Positions 46,387 to 56,344 of a stretch of 64,000 nucleotides of DNA are shown in pieces. The DNA comes from a virus: IMG/VR virus record IMGVR_UViG_3300043436_001870, positions 32,001 to 96,000 of that record; one strand, written 5' to 3'. Every line of letters starts with the position of its first letter. Position 1 is the stretch's first letter. The position numbers and the translations under genes are program-made. The notes beneath the pieces were generated by a model that did no database searches, was not told where the DNA came from, and saw only the letters and a list, made by a program, of their open reading frames with translations.

Positions 46387-48921
46387 TTATTTACCGAACT
46401 TATATGCTCCGGCTTTCTTAACATTTTTAATTGTAGGCATAGTCATGTAGTATGTATCAGCATAATAAAAAGGTTGTCCACCGTACTGTGCATACATACC
46501 TCTAACATTTGCAGTTGCTTGACGAGGTCTAAAACCAAGACCAATACCTGGTTGATTCATAAAGTAAGATCCTTCACTATTACGAGCATTAGATTTACCA
46601 TGAACCTGAAGAGCTGAATTAAAATCTGCATCTTCCTGATTCCAGCTACCGTACTTATTAAAGAAACCGGCAAGAGTATCCATACCAGCAATCATTTGAT
46701 CAGCACTTAAATCAGCAAAAAGACCTTTTCTCTTTATCTTGTTATCTTTAATAATCTGGTCCTCTGCTCTAAAAGGATCAGCTTCTTTCTCAATCTCTCT
46801 AGCTTGTTGATCCATAAAGTCATTTACACCGGTATCCCAATACATATTTTGTGTATTGTTAGCCTCAGCATTTACAGCTACAGCTCCATCAAATGGAGGC
46901 ATCTCAGCAGAAAAAATATTGCTCTTCTCACCAGAAAAATCAGTGCTCTGAAACATTGGTAATGCATATGGACCACCATGTCTCATACCTTCCATAATAC
47001 CTTTTAACATAGCCTCTCTATGTTGAGGATTATTTTTATCAAAAGTTGTGGATCCTCCAGTGTTTACTTCTGTGCCTACGTAAGGACTTGGTCCAAGAAC
47101 TGGTCCTTTTACATTTGATCCAATAGGATTAATTGTTACCATAGGTTCAGTTTGATTAAATGAAGAATAATCAAAATCTGTATTACCAGCAGACATCATT
47201 GATGGTTGCTTAACAGGACCCTCTGGACCAATTACAGGACCGGCTGGTGCATATGATGGTTGATTAGGTCTATAGTTCCAATTATATGCCATTTGAACCT
47301 TTTGATCAGTAGTCATTGCAGGCATAGCACTTTGGAATGTATTAGGATCTTGAATAGCAGGAACCTGAGTTGTTTTTGCAGACTCAGTTGGCATTGTTGT
47401 CCTATAAGGACCCTGACCAACACCTTGCTTTACAAGATCAAAACTCTTGATTCTATTACCAGGTAAAAGAGCTGCTCGTGTTTTTATATTAGTGGGTACG
47501 TAACCTCTAAGGTCAACACCTGATAAAGCATAACCAAGAAGTGCATTAGCACTCTTTCTTCTAAGTCCTCCTCCAGGTATGTAATCTAAGAAATTACCAT
47601 AGTTGGCTTGTTGCTGTGGTTGTCTATAACCTTGTGGGTACTGATAATACTGTGGTCCAGATTGATATGGTGTATCAAAGTACATACGACCAGAACTATC
47701 TACAGGTACACGTCTACCACTACCATCATTTAATTCTACCATTCGCCATCCTTCCCAACCTGTTGGTGTAGTACCAGTAGTACTAGTGGTTGTTGTAGCA
47801 GAATTAGTAGGACCAGTTGCTGCAGGTGCACTTGATGAACCACTTGTTCCTGTTGTACCAGCAGCTGTAGTACCAGATTCTTGTTTCTTCTTCTCAGCAT
47901 CAACCTCAGCTTTTAATTCTTCTGCAGTTCTTGCTTTAGTAGCAGTTGCTGTAGAAACACCACCTGATGTAGTACTGTTTGACTTAGGTTGAGCAGCCGG
48001 AGCCGATGCAGCTGGTTTACTGCCAGATCCTGCTGCAGGAGCAGAAGATCCAGAAGATGGTGTACCAAGTAGTCCTAATGCATCAACGTTGTAATCAACA
48101 ACATTAGTATTGTAGTTAGGATTATTAGGATCTAACATCATAGACCCTGGTGCTAGACCTGTAACATCATACTGTCCAGATGTATCTTTAGATTGATACT
48201 TAGGTATACCACCATATCTCATTCCAGACATTGGAGGAGCCTCATCTACAAGCTCAATAGACTTCATTAGTGCCTTCTGTCCATTGTTCTGGATCTTACC
48301 AATAAAGTTCTGCATCTTATCTGTATAGAAACTGTCTTTACCAGTTCCTGTTGGCTGGCCTCCAGCTTGTAAAGAAGGTTGGCCACCGGCCATCATTGGA
48401 TATGGTGTACCATAGTAATGGTTCATATCCTCCTGAGTTCTTGAATCAATACCAGCTAATTCAGATCCTGATTGCATTACAGGAAGCATGCCTGTAAACT
48501 GAGGCATACCAGGAGGAAAGTTACCACCAGACTGAAGCATAAAGTAATTAGTCTTACCCCATCCTTTGTTTGGAAAACTTACTGCCTGAGGAAATGCCTC
48601 TTGATATGATCCACCAACCTCATATGCATTATTACTATTAGTATAAACAGGAGCAAAGAACTGTTGCTCTGATTGAATCTGAGGATAGATATTAGGTAGA
48701 CCAGTAGCACCACCATCTCTATGATAAGTAGGAGGCACGGGTACACCATAACTAAAGAACTGATCAGCAGTTGCTATCTGAGGAAAGGCCTCAGGAGTTC
48801 CACCCATTGCTAATTTCTTGGCCTCTGGAAAGTCTCTGAAGAAGTTTTCCTCACCATATGCTTCTAATTCCTGAGGAGATTTAAAACCTCCCATCTTCAT
48901 GAACTGCTTTATAAGATTCAT
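46387..48921 (-). CDS. Low-complexity virion cargo protein with repeated xxxGG and (EA/IY)FPQ motifs
   Basis: 844 aa; rich in Pro, Gly, Thr and Gln; no cysteine seen. Confidence 0.75.
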   Translation of the reverse strand: MNLIKQFMKMGGFKSPQELEAYGEENFFRDFPEAKKLAMGGTPEAFPQIATADQFFSYGVPVPPTYHRDGGATGLPNIYPQIQSEQQFFAPVYTNSNNAYEVGGSYQEAFPQAVSFPNKGWGKTNYFMLQSGGNFPPGMPQFTGMLPVMQSGSELAGIDSRTQEDMNHYYGTPYPMMAGGQPSLQAGGQPTGTGKDSFYTDKMQNFIGKIQNNGQKALMKSIELVDEAPPMSGMRYGGIPKYQSKDTSGQYDVTGLAPGSMMLDPNNPNYNTNVVDYNVDALGLLGTPSSGSSAPAAGSGSKPAASAPAAQPKSNSTTSGGVSTATATKARTAEELKAEVDAEKKKQESGTTAAGTTGTSGSSSAPAATGPTNSATTTTSTTGTTPTGWEGWRMVELNDGSGRRVPVDSSGRMYFDTPYQSGPQYYQYPQGYRQPQQQANYGNFLDYIPGGGLRRKSANALLGYALSGVDLRGYVPTNIKTRAALLPGNRIKSFDLVKQGVGQGPYRTTMPTESAKTTQVPAIQDPNTFQSAMPAMTTDQKVQMAYNWNYRPNQPSYAPAGPVIGPEGPVKQPSMMSAGNTDFDYSSFNQTEPMVTINPIGSNVKGPVLGPSPYVGTEVNTGGSTTFDKNNPQHREAMLKGIMEGMRHGGPYALPMFQSTDFSGEKSNIFSAEMPPFDGAVAVNAEANNTQNMYWDTGVNDFMDQQAREIEKEADPFRAEDQIIKDNKIKRKGLFADLSADQMIAGMDTLAGFFNKYGSWNQEDADFNSALQVHGKSNARNSEGSYFMNQPGIGLGFRPRQATANVRGMYAQYGGQPFYYADTYYMTMPTIKNVKKAGAYKFGK

Positions 48922-48922
48922 A

Positions 48923-51900
48923 TCACTTGTATTTATTAAGCCACGAGCTTGTATTAGACAAAGTTACACTATTAATATACTTATTTTTACTGAGAGATCC
49001 ACCTTTTTCAAATTCCTGTTTTTGATTATTTTGTAAAACAGGTTGAGGAACCTGCAATGGTTGTGGTGCTCTTGGTTGTATATATGGAAAAGGTAATGCC
49101 TTTAGTTGATTATGATAATCTGCATATTGTGATTCCAATTCTGGTAATTTTCCTTGATAACTATAATAATTCATTGTTTTTGGATTCATCCAATTTGCTA
49201 GTTCCTCTTCATCTTTAGGTATTTCAAAAGTCCAATCCTTTCCGGAACCGGAATCATAAAAAAAACCTTTTTGTGTATCTGTAGCATTTCTTCTTATTCT
49301 AGAATCAACATTAGAAACATTGCCTGATGATACCATTGTATGCCAATACCCTGGTCTTTCAATCATTGCTACATCACCAGCTTCTAAATTTTCATACTTT
49401 GTAGGATACCAACCTTTATCAGGAGTAAGTTCATCTTTTAGTTTTCTACCTGATGAAATTTGTTTTACAGGATATCCTGATTTTCTTAATGCTTCTGTAG
49501 CTCTTGTTGCACAATATTGTTGACCATTTGGTAAAACAGTACAAAAAGGAACATTATCCATAAAATGAGATTCTCCACTATCTAATAGATTTTGTTTAAA
49601 TCTTTGTATATCCGCATACTCAGTTTCATAATTTTTTCTTATGTTATTCATTTCACTTTGAATATCATAATATTCTGGGTTACTTCCTCCCTTTTGATAC
49701 TTGTTTATCCATCCACCATCTTTTTGTTGTGGAGTATCTTGTCCTGCTATAACAGCTGCAGCTCCTGTACCTATTGCTGCTGGTACTAATGCTTTATAGA
49801 TATTAGGATTAGTCATATCAAACATTCCATTGTTGCCTATTGCTGATTTAATATTTTTTGGGTCAAAAACTATAGTTTGTCTATGGTATGGAAAAATGTT
49901 TTTATCAAGAATACCATCATAGTTATTTTTTAATAACTCATTAAGTTGTTCATTTGTTATTTGGTCGTTTCCATAAGTACCTTTTACTCTACCTGAATAT
50001 GGTTTTTCCATATTAATGTATGTTTGGTATATTTCTCTTTCATTTTTAGGTGTATTTCTTGAATAACTTTCAGCCCTTGACTTACTGGGCGTAAAATAAA
50101 TACCTTGGTCTCCAGTATATGTATCTCTTTTAATATACCCTTTATCTTGGGGTGTTAAAAATTGTTCATACCCTACTTTACCTCCATGATATTGAAAAGC
50201 AAAACTACCATCTGAATTTACTAATTTAGAATTACCAAATGCCTTTTTAAAGTTTTCACTATTCTGTTGCACAAATTGTTCAGGCGTTCCTTTAAAAGGA
50301 GAACCATCAGGATTTTTCATCCAACTACCATCAGCTTTAGTTGTTTGTTCTATAGCATGATACTCATCCATTAAAGCTTTATTAGATGGTATTTCAGAAT
50401 TCCATTTGCCCCAATCTATTTCTGATTTAAATTTATTAGCAGAACCTGGTAGTTGAGTAGGTGTAAAAAGTTTTTGTTGGTCTAAAGGAATTACAAACTC
50501 TCTATCAGCAGCTCTACTTAAAGATTTATCATAATTTTGAAACTCTGCTAACCTACTCTTAGGTACTTGTAGTTGTATAATCTCTGGGTCAACAAATTCT
50601 CTATCAGCTTTGTAAAAATCAAAATCTGCTTTATCTTTTGTAAACCATTGTCCAAAATATTTTTCTCTATCTTTAAAATGTTGTATAGCTTTTTCATTTT
50701 GAAACATTGGTCCTAATTTACCTTCAGCAGCTAATTCAGACATGGGTCTAGCTCCTCTTTCTTGTATTCTCCATAAATCAACTAAATCATCAACATTACC
50801 AGAATCTGGTAATTGTTTGGTCTTGCTCCCTTTAGACCCTTTTAAAAATGGAATAGGTAATGATCCAGCTAACTCTAAAGCTCCTTCTGCAAGATTTCCA
50901 GAAGCAATATTAGAAAGTCCATAGAATGCTCCAGCTCCTGTAGGAAAGATAATGTTATTGAATGTTTTATTAGCATCTTCTCTTCTATCCATAATTGCTT
51001 GCTGAACCTCTGCTTCACCACCTGGTAATATTCTTTCTCCAGTTTGAGGATTTTCATAAACGGTCTGCATAGAACCTAAAGCTCCGGGAACTTGTCTTGC
51101 AACAAAACCCTTAGGAGTTTTTTTGGTATATGCAGTCATTATCCTATGATTTAGAGCTGCATCTTCCTCTACAGGATTACCTTTTGGTTTAGGTGTGGCT
51201 ACAGAAGTTTTATCTGCAACAGCTTGTTGATTGCCTACATATCTAATATCACTAGTATCAACAGGCTGCTTCATAAACTTGGCAAGCTCTGGATTAACTT
51301 GATTACCGTCTTGATACTTCTGTAACCAACCACCATACTTATACCCTGCTTTAATAAGATGTTTTTGCACATCTCCTTTTGTTAAGTCACTAACAAAACT
51401 AATAGTCTCCATAAGATTCTTTGCAGTATCAAAATTCATATTTTGACTAAGCATACTAAGTGTATTATACTCAGCATTTTTATCTATCTGTCCTAGTATT
51501 CCATCTCTAATAAGTTTTTTTAATGTTTCTTCTTGCACGGTAGGATTTATATTTCCAATATTTTTAACCCAATGATTACTCATTTTAGGGGTTACTGCTG
51601 GTGATAGATCAATAAACTTAAAAGAATTAGAAGCATCATCATAAAAAACATTACTGCCAGCATTATCAATTGCTGATCTATTTTGTGCTAACTCAAAATA
51701 GTCTTTTGCATATTGAGTCCAGGCATCTGTTGGAATATTAATTATCTTATCTGTTGGTAAAGAATATAAAGGTTTACCCTCCATTCTACGCATTATATAT
51801 GCATTTAATATGTCAGGTTTTGTTATAATCTCAGCACTTTTTGGAGAACCTGGTATGCCATTATCCTTTACTGTATCAGCCAAAGCAGAGATATTCTCGT

Positions 51901-54900
51901 TCGGCACTTCTGGAATATATTTTTGATTATTAGATAAAATTCTTTGTTGGTTAACTACTTTACCAACATTAGGACTCTTAATATTTTTTTGCATTTGACT
52001 TAGGTCAATGTCCATAAACTCAGGAATATATTGAGAAACTTGCTCAGGACTTTCATATTTAAGCAAGTAACCTGGATAATCAGGTAATTCATATACTCCT
52101 TTGTTAAAAGCACCGTCAGTAGCAATGTTTGGACCTGTCCGAACAGCAGTTACATCAATGTTTTTTGGAGACTGGTAAACTCTTTTGTATCCAGTTAGCC
52201 AGTTTGGTTTAGCTTCATAAATTGCATTAATATCTTCAAGATCTAGCTGCTGTAAAACTTCTCCTGTTTCAGGATCAATAGGTCTAGCTGCTGCATGACG
52301 CCCTACAATTTTTTGACCTGTTACAGGATTTATTTCTCCTCGGGAATACATAGGTACATCAGACTGCATTAAATAATGAGGTGTTGAATCAGTGCTTTTA
52401 AAAACCTCTGCTGGTTTTCCTTTTGAAAAAGATGGAAACTCTGTAGGTCTACGAAATACCGAATTATCTCCAATAGGATTAGCCCTTACTAAAAATGTTT
52501 TGAGTGCATCATCATATCCAGCTTGATTCACATATCTATAATTCATGTTTCCTTCTAATGGTGTAAAGACACTTCCTTTAGCAGTAGGATTTATTTTATA
52601 TGTATATTGTAAAGGTGTCTGAGTAGTAAGATATTTACCTGCTCTTGCTGCATTCTCAGCTATATTAGTTCCTTCTAATAATCCTATACCAACAGCATTG
52701 AGTGGATCATACCCTGCTTCATAAAGATTACTCATTGCAGCTGCATATTCTGGTTGTCTATAATCTGTAAACAATGGCTTAGATCTCTGACCTTGTAGGG
52801 CAGAACCAAAATCTCCAGTAATAGCACCTGTCACAAGATTAGTAGGATAAGATAACGGTGCCAACATTCCCATAGCAGATGCATTGGCGGCTTCCTCTTG
52901 AGTATAATCTGAATTAGTCCATAATGGTTGATTAATAAGATTGTTACCTTGATACCAATCAATAGGTCCAACGGCAGCTATGTTTGCAGCATTTCTTAAA
53001 TTCTTCTCAAGACCTTGGCTAAACTGACTAGTAAAATCTGGATCTAGTTTACCAGCATATTGTGATCTTTCAATAGTAGATCTTTCTTCCGGGGTGAGAG
53101 AGTTTAACCACTCTACTCTAGTTCTGTCTCCCTGAGGTTTATTACCTAAAATCTCTAGAGCTACTTGATCATTGGCATTCTGTGATGCTCTTTTTTGAAC
53201 ACGGGGATCTAATGGATTCATACCTAATGACTTAGCAAAAGGTGTCATCTCACCCTCTCTTGTCTTAGCCGCTATCTTCTGCTTCTTTTTATCTAAGTCA
53301 GTAAGATTATACTGATACTCAACAGGCTTAGTCATAACAGTCATAGGTCCAAATTCTGGATCATATGTCTGATATGAATCTTTAAATAAGAAGTTCCATT
53401 TGGGATCATTAGGATCTACCTCAGTTTTTCTACCATCAGCTTTTCTTACAGCTTTTTGAAGCCATCTTTGCTTTTCTTCAGTAGTAAGAGATCTTCCTTT
53501 TTTACGTTCTTTCTCTGCAAGTAAGTCTGTCCACTGCTCTACACCTTTATTGTATTCATCCCAACCTTTAGCATAATCAGCAGACTGTTGTGCCTGTGGA
53601 TCTAGAGATGGAAGAGTAAAATTACTTGTTGGTTTAACTTGACTAGAACCTTCATTACCTTGATATTTATTTAACCAGCCACCATACTGCATGGTCTGTT
53701 TATCATATAGATCTACAGCCTCATGATACTGGAACTTACCATCACCCTTAGAAGCATTAGCTCGTCTGTAATTGATATAGTTATCATACCCACCTTGTTC
53801 AATTAATTGAGCAGCTACTTTACCAATAGATTGATTGTATGATATTCCTGCTAATTTAGCAAGCTGGTCTGATGTCATATCTAGACCATACTCATTGGCT
53901 ACTTCTTTTAGGTAAAGGTAGTTTTTACTAAGTACATAGAATGTTGGTAAGCCTGCCTTTACAGGATCCGTAAGTTCATAATCAGACTCATATAACTTAC
54001 TTCTTAATTGAGGATTGATGTTAGTCTCATCTTTTAGGGATGTGATGCCCATTGATTTTTCTCTCTCAGGCATAAGGGCATCCTGTAATCCTTTTGCTAC
54101 AGCACCTGCTACTATACCTGATGGTCCTGGTAGTACATTTGATATAATAGATTTTTCATAATTCTTTCCTGCATATGTTTCTCTAGTAGGAATAATCCGA
54201 GCAACTCTCATAAGTTTTCCAAACTCATTTTCTGTAATAGGAATATCCTTAAGAATTGAATCTTTATTCTTCTCAATTACTGAAAGAAACTTATGAGTAT
54301 TTTCTCCTGAAATTGATTGACCAGCCCAATCTGCTTGATTTGCTAAAGCACCTTCAGGTTTAAATTGGCCATATTCTGTTTGGTAATAGGATATACCTCC
54401 TGCTGGTATCCTTCCATCATTGTCTACACCATCAAAATAGTTAGGTCTTGTGATACCTGCAATTAATGATACCTGACTCTTACTATTACCTGGTACCTTA
54501 CCTTCAATAAAATCTTCAACTGGTTGTTTTTGAAGATCTCCATGGACATTATGCTCAACATATAATTTACCATCCTTGTCAGCTTTTACAATACCAACGT
54601 GTGTAGTAAAGAATCTATTATTTAAAGGCTGAGTTTGATTCCATGCTTTCTTTGTAGAAGGAGAACCTTCATAAAATATATTAACAACATCACCAGGTTT
54701 AATGTTACCTGTATTCAACATTTCTCTTAGCTGTCCTTTTACAGCATCATTATTCAATGTTGATTTAAGATAGTTTTTTATTTCATTCTCACCAGCCTTA
54801 GGTGACAATGGAATCTGTGATCTTTCAGGTAAACCTGTAAATAAAAGTTTACCTCCTTTATTTTGCAAGTTTTCAGAAAGAGTCCATGCATCACCTTTAA

Positions 54901-56344
54901 AACCAAGTTCTTCTCTAGCCTCTTCTCCTACAACATCCTCACTACATACAGTTCCATTAATATATTGAGCACATCCTCTTACAACTTGTCCTTTTACTTT
55001 AGCATCTTCAGTTTTATCATAGTCCTGATTAGGATCTATACTAAAGTTGTAACCTATCTTAATATCAGATGGTTTTAAGTTAAAATCATACTTTACATTA
55101 CCTGTAAAAAAACCTCTTTTCATAAGATCTTTTTCAAAGTCTTGCATTGACTGATTAGTTAAACCAACATCTGGTTCACCAGTTTGTGGATCATATAACT
55201 CAAATGGACTTCTTACAGAAATACCTAAAGTACTCTTTGCATCAATTTTATTCTTGTATGCACGTATAGCATCTTTAGTATTATTATCAAGTTGTCCAGA
55301 GTTGTACTTCTGGTTATACATGTTATACTGACGTATAGCATTAAGAGTCTGTTTATCAATTTTACCTGATAAATTACCATCTATGTTTTCACCAGTAACA
55401 CCAAGAACTTCAAGTAATCCTTCATTAGCCAAATATTTCTGAAGCTCAATTACTTGTTCAGGAGTTTGATAGTCTTCAACTTTAATTATTTTCTTTGTTT
55501 CTGGATAATAACCTTTTCCATCTAAATAAGACTGAACCTTTATGATATCATCTGGTGTATAGTCAGAGGCATTCTTATGTCTTAGATTAAAATCTGCTGT
55601 TTGCTTATATGCATTTACAGCTTCATCTTCATCCTTGTAGGGTGCAACAAAAAACTCAGGTGATGCAGCATACTTGTTAACCTCTCTTCTCTTTTCAATC
55701 TCCTTAGTTTTAGGTATATCAACACCTGACACAAGTGAGTATAACTCTGGAGCAATCTCAGCCATTGCAGGATTCTCTACAAGATTAGTAGGTTCTTCAG
55801 CAGGATTCTTAGCAACAGGTTTTGAAGCAGCTGGTTTAGGAGCAGCCGGCTTTTTAGTTTCGGATACACCTAATGATGACAACCATTTGTCAACATAATC
55901 TTGTGGCTCATTTGCCTTAGGAGCAAACTTTGCCATAAGGTTCTTAAGTACTTGTGACTTGTTTGAATCAAGCTCTTTCCATTCTTCAGTACCCTTCTCA
56001 CGGATTCTCATTCCATCAGGTTCATCAATATACTCAAGTCGGCTACCAAAAGTTTTGACACCACCCTCTTGATATTTACTCAACCATCCTTTATCAGAGA
56101 GATCTGGTATTGATATGTCACCTCCTGATTGAGCCATAGGTATCTCATACACCATTTTACCAGGAAATTGATACTTGCCTCCAGGCTGCATCATAATAGG
56201 TGGTTGGCCAGGTACAAATCCCATTACAGGGTATGGTACACCCTCCATGGTTATTCTACCATCTTTAGTTGGTACTGCTGTAAGTTTTCCTGGATGAGCC
56301 CATTGACCATTCTTATCTACAATAAACTTATTAAGCTTACTCAT
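48923..56344 (-). CDS. Large polyvalent virion protein (PG-binding-like, two CHAP/NlpC-like amidases, lysozyme-like, kinase-like and ART-like domains)
   Basis: 2473 aa; GCAQY...THVGIV; YCATRA...WHTMV; GAFNKGVY...K...DNAGSN...IDL; YHG...GIYFT...YDGI...IKSAIGNNGMFD. Confidence 0.8.
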   Translation of the reverse strand: MSKLNKFIVDKNGQWAHPGKLTAVPTKDGRITMEGVPYPVMGFVPGQPPIMMQPGGKYQFPGKMVYEIPMAQSGGDISIPDLSDKGWLSKYQEGGVKTFGSRLEYIDEPDGMRIREKGTEEWKELDSNKSQVLKNLMAKFAPKANEPQDYVDKWLSSLGVSETKKPAAPKPAASKPVAKNPAEEPTNLVENPAMAEIAPELYSLVSGVDIPKTKEIEKRREVNKYAASPEFFVAPYKDEDEAVNAYKQTADFNLRHKNASDYTPDDIIKVQSYLDGKGYYPETKKIIKVEDYQTPEQVIELQKYLANEGLLEVLGVTGENIDGNLSGKIDKQTLNAIRQYNMYNQKYNSGQLDNNTKDAIRAYKNKIDAKSTLGISVRSPFELYDPQTGEPDVGLTNQSMQDFEKDLMKRGFFTGNVKYDFNLKPSDIKIGYNFSIDPNQDYDKTEDAKVKGQVVRGCAQYINGTVCSEDVVGEEAREELGFKGDAWTLSENLQNKGGKLLFTGLPERSQIPLSPKAGENEIKNYLKSTLNNDAVKGQLREMLNTGNIKPGDVVNIFYEGSPSTKKAWNQTQPLNNRFFTTHVGIVKADKDGKLYVEHNVHGDLQKQPVEDFIEGKVPGNSKSQVSLIAGITRPNYFDGVDNDGRIPAGGISYYQTEYGQFKPEGALANQADWAGQSISGENTHKFLSVIEKNKDSILKDIPITENEFGKLMRVARIIPTRETYAGKNYEKSIISNVLPGPSGIVAGAVAKGLQDALMPEREKSMGITSLKDETNINPQLRSKLYESDYELTDPVKAGLPTFYVLSKNYLYLKEVANEYGLDMTSDQLAKLAGISYNQSIGKVAAQLIEQGGYDNYINYRRANASKGDGKFQYHEAVDLYDKQTMQYGGWLNKYQGNEGSSQVKPTSNFTLPSLDPQAQQSADYAKGWDEYNKGVEQWTDLLAEKERKKGRSLTTEEKQRWLQKAVRKADGRKTEVDPNDPKWNFLFKDSYQTYDPEFGPMTVMTKPVEYQYNLTDLDKKKQKIAAKTREGEMTPFAKSLGMNPLDPRVQKRASQNANDQVALEILGNKPQGDRTRVEWLNSLTPEERSTIERSQYAGKLDPDFTSQFSQGLEKNLRNAANIAAVGPIDWYQGNNLINQPLWTNSDYTQEEAANASAMGMLAPLSYPTNLVTGAITGDFGSALQGQRSKPLFTDYRQPEYAAAMSNLYEAGYDPLNAVGIGLLEGTNIAENAARAGKYLTTQTPLQYTYKINPTAKGSVFTPLEGNMNYRYVNQAGYDDALKTFLVRANPIGDNSVFRRPTEFPSFSKGKPAEVFKSTDSTPHYLMQSDVPMYSRGEINPVTGQKIVGRHAAARPIDPETGEVLQQLDLEDINAIYEAKPNWLTGYKRVYQSPKNIDVTAVRTGPNIATDGAFNKGVYELPDYPGYLLKYESPEQVSQYIPEFMDIDLSQMQKNIKSPNVGKVVNQQRILSNNQKYIPEVPNENISALADTVKDNGIPGSPKSAEIITKPDILNAYIMRRMEGKPLYSLPTDKIINIPTDAWTQYAKDYFELAQNRSAIDNAGSNVFYDDASNSFKFIDLSPAVTPKMSNHWVKNIGNINPTVQEETLKKLIRDGILGQIDKNAEYNTLSMLSQNMNFDTAKNLMETISFVSDLTKGDVQKHLIKAGYKYGGWLQKYQDGNQVNPELAKFMKQPVDTSDIRYVGNQQAVADKTSVATPKPKGNPVEEDAALNHRIMTAYTKKTPKGFVARQVPGALGSMQTVYENPQTGERILPGGEAEVQQAIMDRREDANKTFNNIIFPTGAGAFYGLSNIASGNLAEGALELAGSLPIPFLKGSKGSKTKQLPDSGNVDDLVDLWRIQERGARPMSELAAEGKLGPMFQNEKAIQHFKDREKYFGQWFTKDKADFDFYKADREFVDPEIIQLQVPKSRLAEFQNYDKSLSRAADREFVIPLDQQKLFTPTQLPGSANKFKSEIDWGKWNSEIPSNKALMDEYHAIEQTTKADGSWMKNPDGSPFKGTPEQFVQQNSENFKKAFGNSKLVNSDGSFAFQYHGGKVGYEQFLTPQDKGYIKRDTYTGDQGIYFTPSKSRAESYSRNTPKNEREIYQTYINMEKPYSGRVKGTYGNDQITNEQLNELLKNNYDGILDKNIFPYHRQTIVFDPKNIKSAIGNNGMFDMTNPNIYKALVPAAIGTGAAAVIAGQDTPQQKDGGWINKYQKGGSNPEYYDIQSEMNNIRKNYETEYADIQRFKQNLLDSGESHFMDNVPFCTVLPNGQQYCATRATEALRKSGYPVKQISSGRKLKDELTPDKGWYPTKYENLEAGDVAMIERPGYWHTMVSSGNVSNVDSRIRRNATDTQKGFFYDSGSGKDWTFEIPKDEEELANWMNPKTMNYYSYQGKLPELESQYADYHNQLKALPFPYIQPRAPQPLQVPQPVLQNNQKQEFEKGGSLSKNKYINSVTLSNTSSWLNKYK
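48926..56095 (-). repeat. Five dispersed GGW[LI]xKYQ peptide repeats within the 2473-aa gene
   Basis: KGWLSKYQEGG (~56060-56092), YGGWLNKYQG (~53657-53686), YGGWLQKYQDG (~51305-51337), DGGWINKYQKGG (~49685-49720), SWLNKYK* (~48923-48946). Confidence 0.85.

Noticed and set aside
47760-48060. Thr/Ser/Ala/Gly-rich repetitive DNA resembling a tandem repeat
   Set aside because: Explained by a low-complexity protein linker; no fixed-period nucleotide repeat
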